A stretch of 64,000 nt of DNA, taken from IMG/VR virus record IMGVR_UViG_3300002294_000003, positions 1 to 64,000 of that record. One strand, given 5' to 3'. The position numbers and the translations under genes were made by a program. A model generated the notes under the pieces. The model did not search any database. It was not told the origin of the DNA and saw only the letters and a program-made list of their open reading frames with translations. Positions 25,540-38,319 of the stretch are shown here, one piece after another (positions within the stretch are counted from its first letter, which is position 1; each line of letters begins with the position of its first letter). The stretch comes from an uncultured virus (IMG/VR IMGVR_UViG_3300002294_000003). Lineage: Duplodnaviria > Heunggongvirae > Uroviricota > Caudoviricetes.

Positions 25540-26148
25540 TTAAAATGCGTTTAGTATCTTAGTTGTAACTTTATAAACATCATTTGCTGTATTTATAAAT
25601 AGTTGTTGGTCATTGGCAGATTTAATAAAACTATTAAGCTTTGCTTTATAGTTATCACGGTATTGCTTAATATCAAGGTCAAAGTCATAGAATGACATTT
25701 GAACTTCTGACAAACCGTATGACTGCTGAAGAATTCTTTTTAGAATTTGGCCACCAGAAATATCTCCAAGATATCTAATATAGTGATGTGCCAAAAGCTC
25801 TACTGGACTAGCATTACCAATCATAATCATATATTCATTAACATGATCTGTTAGCTTGCCATTAAAAGTAATAACTTTATCCAAGTTACCAAGGTCTGCA
25901 GAAATCTTCCAAGACCTTTCTAGCTTATCATCAAAAAACATTCCAATAAGATCATCGTCAAGGTTGTCTCTGACAGTTATTTCAAGAGTATCATACACAT
26001 ACATCAAGACAGTCAAGTACTTTACATATGAATCAATTGGCAAACTTCCCTTGAATAGGCTTTGCATAAATTCGGTTTGTTCTGCATCAGAGTGGTTTTG
26101 CTCTGTTTGCCTTTTTAATTCCTCAGTAAACATTTTTTCCTTTATCAT
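25540..26148 (-). CDS. heme oxygenase (HmuO/Ho1-like)
   Basis: LKRQTEQNHSDAE (proximal His); LLAHHYIRYLGDISGGQIL; FYDF. Confidence 0.9.
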   Translation of the reverse strand: MIKEKMFTEELKRQTEQNHSDAEQTEFMQSLFKGSLPIDSYVKYLTVLMYVYDTLEITVRDNLDDDLIGMFFDDKLERSWKISADLGNLDKVITFNGKLTDHVNEYMIMIGNASPVELLAHHYIRYLGDISGGQILKRILQQSYGLSEVQMSFYDFDLDIKQYRDNYKAKLNSFIKSANDQQLFINTANDVYKVTTKILNAF

Positions 26149-26150
26149 TT

Positions 26151-26245
26151 AAAGGAGGGGTACAGGCCCATTCTTTTCCCATACCTGTACCCCTCTTTAG
26201 AGAGTTACGACCAATTATCACAATGACAACAGCCGTCTTGCCTCC
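26151..26245. other. two tandem hairpins between tRNA-Asn and heme oxygenase
   Basis: Perfect 12-bp GAGGGGTACAGG/CCTGTACCCCTC stem plus a GU-rich hairpin on the - strand. Confidence 0.5.
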
Positions 26246-26246
26246 G

Positions 26247-26318
26247 CTCCCCCTCGTGGATTCGAACCACGAACCTTAGAGTTAACAGCTCTCTGCTCTG
26301 CCGTTGAGCTAAGGGGGA
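26247..26318 (-). tRNA. trnN: tRNA-Asn(GTT)
   Basis: TCCCCCT/AGGGGGA; CTGTTAA loop; TTCGAA. Confidence 0.92.
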
Positions 26319-26323
26319 TGGCC

Positions 26324-27109
26324 TTATCTGTTGGTAGCAGCTGCTATAGCAGTTGCAACAGAAGTTGTGTTTCCAAGCATAACTGGATTTGGATCAGTTA
26401 ATGTGATTGGAAAGGAGTCGTGTAGGCCTTGCAAAGCACTACGCTGACTCTTAAGAACTGCACTTGTATAAACTCCAGCAGTAACAACTATATCAGATAG
26501 TCTAGTGCTGCCTACAAAATCAGAGGAGCCTACTGCAATAGCATCTGCAATACATGCTGGGTAATCAACTCTATTGCCACTTGCATAGTTTCCAGATGCA
26601 GCATAAAACTTAATACCATTAGCCTTTAAGCTAGCAAGAGCATTAACAATATTCTGGTGTGTAGTTGCTATCTTTACACCTGGTGAAGATGGTGTGCAAC
26701 GTCTGCCATCTCCTGCGTTATAAGAAAACGATACAGCCTTAATATTAAACTTTGATGCATTCGCAGATACCCAGCTTAGTGCAGCCACAAGCTGAATGCC
26801 AGTTACTTGGCCAGTCTTAGTTGTTCCAGACTCAAGCAGGATTAGGTGTGCTGATGGATTGTTGGCCCTAATGACATCTGCCATCATAGTGCCGTGGTTA
26901 AATGCCTTAAATTCAGATGCAATTCTGAGTTTTGGTGTTGAGTTACAGATTACCTGTGCAGTAATGCAAACTTCAGTTACTTGGCCAGTAATTAGCTGTG
27001 ATTCAAAATTAGCATCAATTATGACAATTGATCCATCTGTATTTGCTTGTGCTGGTACGATTCCCACAAAGCCAATTAGCATAGCAATGAGAAGTGCTAT
27101 CTTTTTCAT
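26324..27109 (-). CDS. secreted subtilisin-like (S8) protease
   Basis: Signal peptide (AQA); IID, NHGT, AASGN, YPAC, TSVAT. Confidence 0.75.
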   Translation of the reverse strand: MKKIALLIAMLIGFVGIVPAQANTDGSIVIIDANFESQLITGQVTEVCITAQVICNSTPKLRIASEFKAFNHGTMMADVIRANNPSAHLILLESGTTKTGQVTGIQLVAALSWVSANASKFNIKAVSFSYNAGDGRRCTPSSPGVKIATTHQNIVNALASLKANGIKFYAASGNYASGNRVDYPACIADAIAVGSSDFVGSTRLSDIVVTAGVYTSAVLKSQRSALQGLHDSFPITLTDPNPVMLGNTTSVATAIAAATNR

Positions 27110-27130
27110 ATTTTAATACCCTTCAATTTA

Positions 27131-27325
27131 TTAATCTATTAGTTTAATTACGTGTAGGCATGGGTCTCCCCCATCTTCCCACTCTTTTTCTTCTTCTTCT
27201 GTCATATATGGGTCACCATCGTGAGTGTTGCAAAATGGCTCAGTTACCCAGCCCTTATTAATACCCATCTCTAGCCAAGCCCAAAATTGAAGCTTATCTA
27301 GATCAATATTAGTATTGTCACTCAT
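27131..27325 (-). CDS. hypothetical protein
   Basis: After promoter TTGACA-N17-TATAAT (27354-27382, -). Confidence 0.7.
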   Translation of the reverse strand: MSDNTNIDLDKLQFWAWLEMGINKGWVTEPFCNTHDGDPYMTEEEEKEWEDGGDPCLHVIKLID

Positions 27326-27389
27326 GTGAGAAACCCCTCTGTATTACGTATCAATTATACAAAACACAAAGGGGTTTGTCAAATATATT

Positions 27390-27692
27390 TTACTGCTCTT
27401 CTTGGCCCTCTTCAAATTCTGGTTCAGCTTCTTCTATAGCTGCTGGCTCTTCAGTCTTATTATTTTGACCAATTAAAATACCTGCCAAAGTACCAGTAAT
27501 AAATGTTGCAATGCTTCCAAGCACATTAAAGAACATCTTGTCATTCTCAGACTGTGCACCTATTGGCTGGGTTACGAAAATCAAAGCATATAGAATGCCT
27601 ACTGCTGTCATTAGCAAAATGGAGCCAAGAATAAGACCAAGAGAAAACTTTAGTCTAGCCTCTAGCTCTGATGATGTATATCTTTTTCCCAT
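27390..27692 (-). CDS. 2-TM membrane protein
   Basis: Two hydrophobic helices. Confidence 0.75.
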   Translation of the reverse strand: MGKRYTSSELEARLKFSLGLILGSILLMTAVGILYALIFVTQPIGAQSENDKMFFNVLGSIATFITGTLAGILIGQNNKTEEPAAIEEAEPEFEEGQEEQ

Positions 27693-27958
27693 TATTCCTC
27701 AACTTCTACTGTTTCAGACTCTGTTGTTTCTTCAACAATTTCCTCTTCTATTGTAGCAGATTCTGTAGCCAATGGGTCATATCCAAGCAAATCTCTTGTG
27801 CATGTGCCAGCAGCCTCACAAACTGGTGGGACGCATTCCTCAGTTCCCCAGTTGGCTGGGTCCTGGCAGGGGTATCTGTAGTGACCGTCATAGCCACAGC
27901 CAGAAAGGATAAGGGCCAAAACGGATACACCAATTAGGGTAATAGTCTTTTTAATCAT
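27692..27958 (-). CDS. Cys-rich lipoprotein
   Basis: Lipobox LSGC; YRYPCQDP; leaderless TATAAT-N6-ATG. Confidence 0.75.
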   Translation of the reverse strand: MIKKTITLIGVSVLALILSGCGYDGHYRYPCQDPANWGTEECVPPVCEAAGTCTRDLLGYDPLATESATIEEEIVEETTESETVEVEE

Positions 27959-27976
27959 GGCTATATTATACCGCAA

Positions 27977-28162
27977 TTATTCGTCGTCTTTTTCATAGCG
28001 TAATGGGAAGGTTATTACCCATACACCAAGGGTCACCCAGATTAGCATTCCTACTACATCTTTGGCTGATCCCTCCAAGACTACCCAGGCAACGAACATA
28101 CCCAGAAGTGTCCAGGCTTGATCTACAATGTCCTTAAATAGTGCTTTGATGAATTTAATCAT
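27977..28162 (-). CDS. small 2-TM membrane protein
   Basis: Hydrophobic; coupled to the upstream gene. Confidence 0.7.
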   Translation of the reverse strand: MIKFIKALFKDIVDQAWTLLGMFVAWVVLEGSAKDVVGMLIWVTLGVWVITFPLRYEKDDE

Positions 28163-30285
28163 TACGGCCTCCTTGCTGCAGCTGCTGCTGCACTAGTGGC
28201 TGCTGTCGTAGCAGTCATTGCAATTTGTCCCACAATGACGGCTGCGATAACAACCTTTTCTGATTGTTCACGGACTTGTGGAGACATGTCTGCTCCAGCA
28301 TTTCCAAGTGCGTTAAATACTTCTACTGCTGCCCCTGCAACATCTCCCAATAATGGAACTGCAGCTAATGCTTCGTCTAAAACTATGTCGTCCTGTTGAG
28401 CTGCAACCAGCAATGCATCCAATGCTGCCTCGTATTCTTCAGAGCCTGGCTCTGCTGTTTCAAATACCTGTAAAGCTGCCTCTTTAATTGCTTCTGCCTG
28501 TGCTTCAGTTAGTTGTGTAGGCTCAATGCTTGTAAGCTCTTCAACAAGTGAAACAATGTTTTCAGCCGACACCTCTTCTTCTAGCTGCACTGGTGCTTCT
28601 GGATCAGTAGGCTCTGGCTCAGGAGTTGGTTCTGGTTCTGGAGCAGGTTCTGGTTCAGTTACTGGTTCTTCGGTTGGCTCTTCAGTTGGTTCTGGTTCAG
28701 GACTTGGTTCAGGCTCTGGGGTAGGTTCTGGCTCTGGTGTGGGATCAGGCGTTGGCTCAGGCTCTGGGGTAGGTTCTGGTGTTGGTTCTGGTTCTGGGGT
28801 AGGTTCTGGTGTTGGTTCTGGTGTTGGTTCTGGTTCTGGGGTAGGTTCTGGTGTTGGTTCAGGCTGTGGAATTACAACTGGTTCTGGAGCAGGGGTAGGG
28901 GCTGGTAAATTAGCAATAGCATCTGCTGTAACTACATAGGCAGTTTGAACTTTTGTTTCTGCGTTTTCAACAACAATAATTAAATTACTTATAACATTTT
29001 GTGTATTTTGTAATGCTGTTGTAAATTCTGATAATGCCTGTGCTTCCACAACATTAGCTTGTGAAGATATTGATTGTGCAATTGCAAGTGAGGAAGAGGC
29101 CTGCTGAACAACTATTGTTTGTAAGCTTTGTTGTGTTTGTAAATTAACGAGTGTTGCTGAAGCAGAATTTACTACCTGTTGCTGTTGACTAATTAATTCT
29201 GCAGAAACAGAATCTACTATTCTTGGAGACATTGTAAAGATAGTCCCACCATTGGAATATCTAACACCAATTCTTGGACCACCATATAAGCCAGAAGTAT
29301 TTCCAGATATTTCAGAATATCCAGTCCATTCTCCAGTAGCTGGATCAACTAGCATATTCCAAACTACATTTGTCAGTGGGCCATTGGCATCTCCAAATCT
29401 ATGCAATGACCACTCAACTGTTAAAGTATTGTCAGTGGTTGTTACTTTAGTATATGCCCCAGCTCCTGCTGTCATCCAGTCAGATTGATATACGTATATA
29501 CCAGTTGTCTGTGGCCAATCCCAAAAAGTGTGATCTCCCTGCCCAAAAGAAATGAATGCCTTAGATGTTACATAAATTTGACTGGCACTCCCCTGGCCTT
29601 CATATAGCGTGTTTCCCATTCTGATATCAAATGGGACATCTATTTTTGTAGACTGATCCCACATTGGTGGAAGTATAACGCTAGTAGTAGATGCTGTGCT
29701 TGCCTCTACTGAATTTGTCCAGCCTGAGCTAGATATTTGAAAACTATTTGATGGTACATTAGTTAAAGCATTTAGTTCAGATTGCTCTTGTTGGACTACC
29801 TGTTGCTGTCCTGATACCGCTGCACTAATGGATGATAGGTTAATTACTGCTTGGCTGTAACTTGTTTGTGCTACAGTTAAATTAGAATCTGCTAGTTGTG
29901 AGGAGGCTACTGCAAGCTGATAAGAGTCTTGCTTTTGTTTAACATCCCATAGGGCATCAGAGGCACTTGATAAGGCTTGAGAGGCTTCTGCTACAGCCGT
30001 AGTAGCCAAGGCTATCACTTCTGAGACGGAAGCAATGCTTGTAGATCCACCACCAACTAGTTGCTCTACTAAGGCACTTGTACTAGCTAGGTTTTCTGTT
30101 ACAACCTGTATCTCAGATGTTGCCGTAGTCACGGTGATTTCTGCTTGAGTGACTTGCTGATCTAATGTTAGGGTAACCGAAACCACTGAAGAAGATTCTT
30201 CTGCGTGTGCTAAATCTGCAGCCAAAAAAGTTGGCAAAAATGCTAAAGACATAGCAATAAAAACTTTTAAGTTTTTGCTCTTAAT
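28162..30285 (-). CDS. large exported protein with coiled coils, a beta domain and a Pro-Glu-Thr repeat stalk
   Basis: Signal peptide (AHA); (PE/PT)n; hydrophobic C-terminus; probable ATT start (first ATG at 30252). Confidence 0.75.
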   Translation of the reverse strand: MKSKNLKVFIAMSLAFLPTFLAADLAHAEESSSVVSVTLTLDQQVTQAEITVTTATSEIQVVTENLASTSALVEQLVGGGSTSIASVSEVIALATTAVAEASQALSSASDALWDVKQKQDSYQLAVASSQLADSNLTVAQTSYSQAVINLSSISAAVSGQQQVVQQEQSELNALTNVPSNSFQISSSGWTNSVEASTASTTSVILPPMWDQSTKIDVPFDIRMGNTLYEGQGSASQIYVTSKAFISFGQGDHTFWDWPQTTGIYVYQSDWMTAGAGAYTKVTTTDNTLTVEWSLHRFGDANGPLTNVVWNMLVDPATGEWTGYSEISGNTSGLYGGPRIGVRYSNGGTIFTMSPRIVDSVSAELISQQQQVVNSASATLVNLQTQQSLQTIVVQQASSSLAIAQSISSQANVVEAQALSEFTTALQNTQNVISNLIIVVENAETKVQTAYVVTADAIANLPAPTPAPEPVVIPQPEPTPEPTPEPEPTPEPTPEPTPEPEPTPEPTPEPEPTPDPTPEPEPTPEPEPSPEPEPTEEPTEEPVTEPEPAPEPEPTPEPEPTDPEAPVQLEEEVSAENIVSLVEELTSIEPTQLTEAQAEAIKEAALQVFETAEPGSEEYEAALDALLVAAQQDDIVLDEALAAVPLLGDVAGAAVEVFNALGNAGADMSPQVREQSEKVVIAAVIVGQIAMTATTAATSAAAAAARRP
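28590..28905 (-). repeat. coding tandem repeats encoding PEPTPE
   Basis: ggttct/ggtgtt/ggctca repeats. Confidence 0.85.
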
Positions 30286-30347
30286 GGGGTATCACCTCGT
30301 GATTGGGGGTAGCCAATGTATTCTTATATTATTATACTTGCTTATAT

Positions 30348-30380
30348 AAAAATAAAAGAGGCACAACCTTATTGTGCCCC
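30348..30380 (-). terminator. Rho-independent terminator
   Basis: GGGGCACAA/TTGTGCCTC followed by TTTTATTTT. Confidence 0.75.
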
Positions 30381-30396
30381 AATTATACTTAATATC

Positions 30397-30786
30397 TTAC
30401 TGGTCTAAATTTGAGTCAATAAGCTCAAACCCATTTTCTCTGTTTAGATATTGCCATTGAATATTTGTAATGCCAAATGTTTCCCAAAGATATCCTATAA
30501 CCATCTTGTGATCTAATTCACCACAAGTGTAAAGATCAAACTGCAGAATCATTGGGTCTTTCTTTTCCCAAATGTGAAATGCAATGTGTGATGTTTCTAC
30601 AGATACCGCTGCAGTTACTCCTTCATTCCCTGGCATATCAACATACTTTGAAACTGGGCCTGCTGCAATTTTCATATCAATGAGTTCAACAAGCTCCTGT
30701 AACCATAGCTTTGCGTACTCTTCAGTTTTAATTGGTTTTGTTATTTCTGCTCTAACCATTAAGTGTAAGTGTTTTAGTTCTTTCAT
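30397..30786 (-). CDS. speD: S-adenosylmethionine decarboxylase proenzyme
   Basis: HLHL..GVTA..ETSHIAFHIW..FDLYTCG. Confidence 0.82.
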   Translation of the reverse strand: MKELKHLHLMVRAEITKPIKTEEYAKLWLQELVELIDMKIAAGPVSKYVDMPGNEGVTAAVSVETSHIAFHIWEKKDPMILQFDLYTCGELDHKMVIGYLWETFGITNIQWQYLNRENGFELIDSNLDQ

Positions 30787-30799
30787 TATTTGCCTATCT

Positions 30800-33867
<3,068 letters not shown>

Positions 33868-33878
<11 letters not shown>

Positions 33879-34272
33879 ACAGTAGTTCTAACCTCTCTTT
33901 TACTTTTTCAACATCGTAGTCTGTGCCAAATATTTCTACCCTGGCAATAATTGGCACACCAGTTTTAGACGAAATCATATCTGCTGCTTTGCAGAAATGT
34001 TCGCCAAAATTTGTATTTCCAAACCCAACCACTCCCTGTAGATTGTCTCTGTTAGAGTGTAGGTTTAGAAAATTTCTGACCTGTCTTGGAATAGCAGAAC
34101 TATCCGATCCTCCACCATAGGTAGGAACAAATAAGACATATGGTCTAGTAACCTCTAATGAGTTTTCATAGTTCCAGTCAATGGGGATTTGTATTGCTGG
34201 CATATCTAATTTTTCTACAAATTTTTTTGTGTTACCAGAATAATTTGAAAAATAGACAATGTCAACGGACAT
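33868..34272 (-). CDS. nrdI: NrdI flavodoxin
   Basis: [25 protein letters not shown]. Confidence 0.95.
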
Positions 34273-34302
34273 CTATTTTAATCCCCTTTTTAATATAGTT
34301 AC

Positions 34303-34337
34303 GATAAAGGGGAAGGGTTTTATCCCCTCCCCCTATC
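34303..34337. terminator. hairpin between 34350 gene and nrdI
   Basis: GGGGAAGGG/CCCCTCCCC imperfect stem. Confidence 0.45.
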
Positions 34338-34349
34338 ATTTTATACTAA

Positions 34350-35303
34350 TTACTTGATAAAGGCAAGTCTTTCGGCTCTAGGCTTTCCAACATTGTACTT
34401 CTTTACAAGTGTGTTGTACTGCCACTTTAGCTTACGAACTTCCTTTGCAGAAAGATCCTTGCTAGTTGCAAGTTCTAGCTTAACAGCAGCAAGTTCAGCA
34501 CTTAGAGAAGTTACCAAAGCCTTGGTTGCTTCGTGTGCAGCCTTTTCAGTTGCTAGGTCAGCAAGTGCCTTGTCTAGTTCTGCCTGTAGATTACGTGGCT
34601 GTGTTACAACAATAACTGCTGTAGCAGAAGAGCTAGCAGCAAACGCTGTTACGGTTAGAGAGCCAGTAGATGGCAAAGTAACAACATAACTAACTGTACC
34701 AGAAGTACTGGTTGTTGCAGTTGGTGTAGTAATTACGCCATTTGAATTAACAATCAAGCTTACTGTTCCAGATGCCTTTGCATTGTCATAGCGATCAAAC
34801 GCAGACACAACTACAGACTGAGTTGATCCTGCTAGACCAGATGCTGGTGCAGAAAGCCCAACCTTCACAACATCTCCAGCAGTACCCTTGACAAAGTAAG
34901 TTGTAGCAGTATTTCCAACTGTAACAACAACTGAGCCAACAGCAGTAGTTTTGGTAAATACAAATAGCTCTACACTACCGCTTGTACTAGCATTTAGTGT
35001 AACTGCAGCTGAACCAGATGCATTAGTTGCACCAGTTAGTGTTGTTAGTAGGAATGCATTTGTAGCAGTGGCGGAAACAGTTGTACCAGCTACAACACCA
35101 GAAACAGAAATGCTAAGAGCATTAGAGGCTGTTACTGTGTCGCCTGGAACTGGAAGGGCCACTGCTGTAGCAGAAGTAGTACCACCGCTAGCAGAAGCTC
35201 CAGCAACTGTCAATGTTTGGGTATTTGCATTTGCAGGCAACATACCAGTTAGACCAATCACTAGTGCCGTTACTAGGGCAATAGAAGTCTTCTTTAGATT
35301 CAT
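34350..35303 (-). CDS. exported Ser/Thr/Ala-rich Ig-like protein with C-terminal coiled coil
   Basis: Signal peptide (ANA); DRYDN motif; heptads. Confidence 0.7.
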   Translation of the reverse strand: MNLKKTSIALVTALVIGLTGMLPANANTQTLTVAGASASGGTTSATAVALPVPGDTVTASNALSISVSGVVAGTTVSATATNAFLLTTLTGATNASGSAAVTLNASTSGSVELFVFTKTTAVGSVVVTVGNTATTYFVKGTAGDVVKVGLSAPASGLAGSTQSVVVSAFDRYDNAKASGTVSLIVNSNGVITTPTATTSTSGTVSYVVTLPSTGSLTVTAFAASSSATAVIVVTQPRNLQAELDKALADLATEKAAHEATKALVTSLSAELAAVKLELATSKDLSAKEVRKLKWQYNTLVKKYNVGKPRAERLAFIK

Positions 35304-35324
35304 TTTTCTCCTTATTTAATTAAT

Positions 35325-37100
35325 CTAGATTAAATCAAATCTAGCCAAATATTCTTCAACGTCTTTTGGCGTAGGCCTATATTTTATCACATCTTGGGCA
35401 TCATTGTCAAGCTGTGGCTTTGGCCTATCCTTAAACGTATGTATTTCAACTTCTAGATTAAGGTTTCTTGGGGTGTGAGAAATAGCACCAAATATTGCAC
35501 CACAGACAGCATCTGCCAGGTCCTTAGACTTTTTGCGTGGGTGATCTACCTTATTATTGTTCATAATCTTAAGCTCTGATAACTCTTCAAATAAAAGATC
35601 AATCATCGGCATAGCAAGTCTTTCTTCATAAACAAGCATTGCCATATCCTCATAATGCTTTTTGGCAACAGAAACAGTTTCAGTTCTCATGCCTATTGCT
35701 TTCAGTTCATTTTGGATATCAAATGACTGCCAGCGGTCAAATGATACCATGCCAACATTAAAGCCAAGCCTTCTAAGATTTTGAATCCATTGCTTTACTT
35801 CTGACAGGTCTACTGGTCCTTCTACTTTTGGCTCCCACCAAGCAACGGCATCAACAACCACAACTGGTGCAATTTGTTCATAATCTTTTATGATTTGAAT
35901 ATTTACCCATTTTTCTACGTGTGCAATTGCTACAGCACACTTATCATGCTTTTGTGCAAGGTCAGCATGCACAAAATATATCTTATCTGGGTCAGGGACA
36001 AAACTGGAGTCAAACCTTTTATAGGAATCTATTGGATTTCTTACAGTCATTGCTGCACGAACTTTTTCTGCTTGTTTAAAGAATCTATCTGACGAGAATG
36101 TTGGTATACAAGCAAATCTTTGCATAGCATCTCCTATATCAGTAAAAAAGGCTAACTTAAAATCATCTATTTTCCTTGTTGGGTTAACATCCCAAGTTGG
36201 TCTTTTTAATGCAAATACATTGGGATATTTATAACTAATTATATTGTCTTCGTCCCACTCAATTGTCAATGAGTTGCCATCTGCTTCCGCTGGCAATTCT
36301 GGATTCATAATAAATGTGTGTGTTTTTGTTACAGTTTCCTTATCTGCAATAACAGCTTCATACCTTGCAGAAATAAAATCTCCAGGATATCTTGGGAACG
36401 ATAGCAGAGCTACTTTGCCCAGGTCTGGAAAGCGTGAATCTACTGATGCACGGAAAGCTTTGTAGATGTTATCTGCAGTTTTACCCTGATCATTTCCTGT
36501 TCCAATCTCCGTAGCAAAACCAGAGATCTCGTCAAGGACTGCAAGGATAAGGTTGAGACCTTCGTGAGACTCTCTTTCGGAATGGCCTGAGTAAACTGTA
36601 ATAGATTTATCAAATTCAATACTCTCAGCTTTCGCATAGAATTTTCCTGCAAACCAAGGAGACTTTTCAATCTTTGTTTTAAAGCCTTTAAAGAATACGT
36701 TCTTCGCTTGCTGGGCGTTAATAGCCACGTTAATAATGTCAATTGCGTCACCGCTAGGCTTTCCAAAATACCTAGCAGGGTCTTTAAGACATAGAAGCTT
36801 ATATACAATATAAGCACACGCAACCGTTGATGTAAAATCTTTACCAGATCCTTTACCAAGCTGTAGAATTACTTCATTCTTGGTATATTTATTATAATAC
36901 CTTCTACCCTCAGTATCACCCATAAGGCTTATTAGATCTTCTAGCCTGTAGATTTGGCTAAGAGCCTCTACAATATCATATTGGGTTTGTGATAGTGGGG
37001 GCTGTCCAAGATAATCTTCGCCTTCAACAAATGTCTTTACATCAACTGGCTTTTCATCAAAGCTGTCTGATTTAAGTGCTTCTAAAAAATCATCAAACAT
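35325..37100 (-). CDS. terL: terminase large subunit
   Basis: LGKGSGKD Walker A, AVLDE Walker B, HADLA nuclease, DHP..SKDLADA. Confidence 0.9.
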   Translation of the reverse strand: MFDDFLEALKSDSFDEKPVDVKTFVEGEDYLGQPPLSQTQYDIVEALSQIYRLEDLISLMGDTEGRRYYNKYTKNEVILQLGKGSGKDFTSTVACAYIVYKLLCLKDPARYFGKPSGDAIDIINVAINAQQAKNVFFKGFKTKIEKSPWFAGKFYAKAESIEFDKSITVYSGHSERESHEGLNLILAVLDEISGFATEIGTGNDQGKTADNIYKAFRASVDSRFPDLGKVALLSFPRYPGDFISARYEAVIADKETVTKTHTFIMNPELPAEADGNSLTIEWDEDNIISYKYPNVFALKRPTWDVNPTRKIDDFKLAFFTDIGDAMQRFACIPTFSSDRFFKQAEKVRAAMTVRNPIDSYKRFDSSFVPDPDKIYFVHADLAQKHDKCAVAIAHVEKWVNIQIIKDYEQIAPVVVVDAVAWWEPKVEGPVDLSEVKQWIQNLRRLGFNVGMVSFDRWQSFDIQNELKAIGMRTETVSVAKKHYEDMAMLVYEERLAMPMIDLLFEELSELKIMNNNKVDHPRKKSKDLADAVCGAIFGAISHTPRNLNLEVEIHTFKDRPKPQLDNDAQDVIKYRPTPKDVEEYLARFDLI

Positions 37101-37629
37101 CGTTGTGTACCACTGTAATTACTTCTTGCTCTTTAGAAACTGCAGATAGCCTTCTCATAATTTCATCACGTACCTCTGGGTGCTCTGCAGCAACGTCTCT
37201 TAAAATACCAACAAGGATTTCTTGCTTACGTTCAATTTCTAACATTTCTTCAGCAAGCTCTTTATTTTCTAAAAGTCCTGCCTTTTGTAGCATGTCAATG
37301 CGTTTAGATTCAATATCAAGAACTAGCTTAATAGCTGATGTCTTTGCATTTAGATTAGCTGTTGTAGTAGCATCATCTATAACTTCATATGCTTTTTGTA
37401 TAAGCTTGTTATAGTGTGCATCTGCACCAACAAGAGCTTCTTTTGCACGTGCACGAATAGCTGCGTTATCTGCAGCCATGGCTCGCCATTCATTAATATA
37501 GGCCACAACCTTCTGTCGTGGCATATCAAGCTCTTTAGAAATTTGAGTTGGCTCATTGCCAGCTAGATATTTTTCAACAACCTTGTTGACTTCGTCTAAA
37601 TGCTCAATAGTCAAATCCTCAAACGACAC
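37093..37629 (-). CDS. HTH protein, probable terminase small subunit
   Basis: N-terminal HTH; directly upstream of terL; GTG after AAGGAG. Confidence 0.65.
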   Translation of the reverse strand: MSFEDLTIEHLDEVNKVVEKYLAGNEPTQISKELDMPRQKVVAYINEWRAMAADNAAIRARAKEALVGADAHYNKLIQKAYEVIDDATTTANLNAKTSAIKLVLDIESKRIDMLQKAGLLENKELAEEMLEIERKQEILVGILRDVAAEHPEVRDEIMRRLSAVSKEQEVITVVHNDV

Positions 37630-37918
37630 GCTTTCTCCTTTTTCCCCTGGTTGGAATACGCTTAATTTTATCCTCACTAAAAGATCTAAACACAGAAGCT
37701 ACGCCATTCATCATTTCAAAACAGTCAACCCATTGGGAACCAGTCAAATTATTCTTGGTTAGCCCAATAAATTTAAACTTGCTGCCGTGCTGTCCATGCA
37801 CTTTAATTATATCACCAGCGTTAATCTCAAATCCCTGGATATTTATATATGGGATTGTTTCAAAGTAAGTTGGTTTAACGTCTGCCCTGTTTTTTCTAGA
37901 CATTACGCTCCTTAGCAA
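37619..37918 (-). CDS. hypothetical SH3-like protein
   Basis: ORF track. Confidence 0.6.
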   Translation of the reverse strand: MLRSVMSRKNRADVKPTYFETIPYINIQGFEINAGDIIKVHGQHGSKFKFIGLTKNNLTGSQWVDCFEMMNGVASVFRSFSEDKIKRIPTRGKRRKRVV

Positions 37919-38162
37919 TCTTAAGTAAAATTAAATAACCAATCAAATCATCAATGTCGTTATCTCCAGGCCAGTCGTGGCCATTCTTAATTCTAGATAG
38001 CTTGTCGTCAATTCGGACTAGTAGTTGTTCTACTGCATCTGCCTTAGAAAATACCCTGGTAGGATTAAGGGCAGAATCCCCATAAGACTTATTTTTAGCA
38101 ATTAGCAAATCTGAAACTTCTTTAGATATTCTTTCAATATCCTGCTGGGTTTGTGTTTTCAT
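37896..38162 (-). CDS. nucleotide-modification-associated domain 1 (DUF1599-like)
   Basis: KNKSYGDS..VRIDDKLSRI..DDLIGY. Confidence 0.75.
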   Translation of the reverse strand: MKTQTQQDIERISKEVSDLLIAKNKSYGDSALNPTRVFSKADAVEQLLVRIDDKLSRIKNGHDWPGDNDIDDLIGYLILLKIAKERNV

Positions 38163-38319
38163 CTGTTGGCCTTATGTCTAATCTTTTACCACAATTGTGG
38201 CATGTTGTATATGTAAGTCTAGTAAATGGACAGGACGCAACCCTTGATTTTTTATGGCTACAAAATGCACGAACAAGTGTCCACTTTATAACCTTGGCAA
38301 AGTGCTTTATATACCTCAT
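38134..38319 (-). CDS. small Cys/His protein
   Basis: ORF track; ATGA coupling. Confidence 0.55.
   Translation of the reverse strand: MRYIKHFAKVIKWTLVRAFCSHKKSRVASCPFTRLTYTTCHNCGKRLDIRPTDENTNPAGY

Noticed and set aside
25380..25562. 60-aa + strand ORF
   Set aside because: Antisense to tRNA-Glu and tRNA-Asp.
25540..26148. Cyanophage assignment from heme oxygenase and Hsp20
   Set aside because: No photosynthesis genes; WhiB, nrdHIEF and the tRNA type point to Actinobacteria.
28526..28939. Gly/Ser-repeat ORF on the + strand
   Set aside because: Antisense shadow of the PEPT repeats.
37896..38162. DNA hypermodification pathway
   Set aside because: Only an associated domain is present; no base-modifying synthase recognisable in the window.
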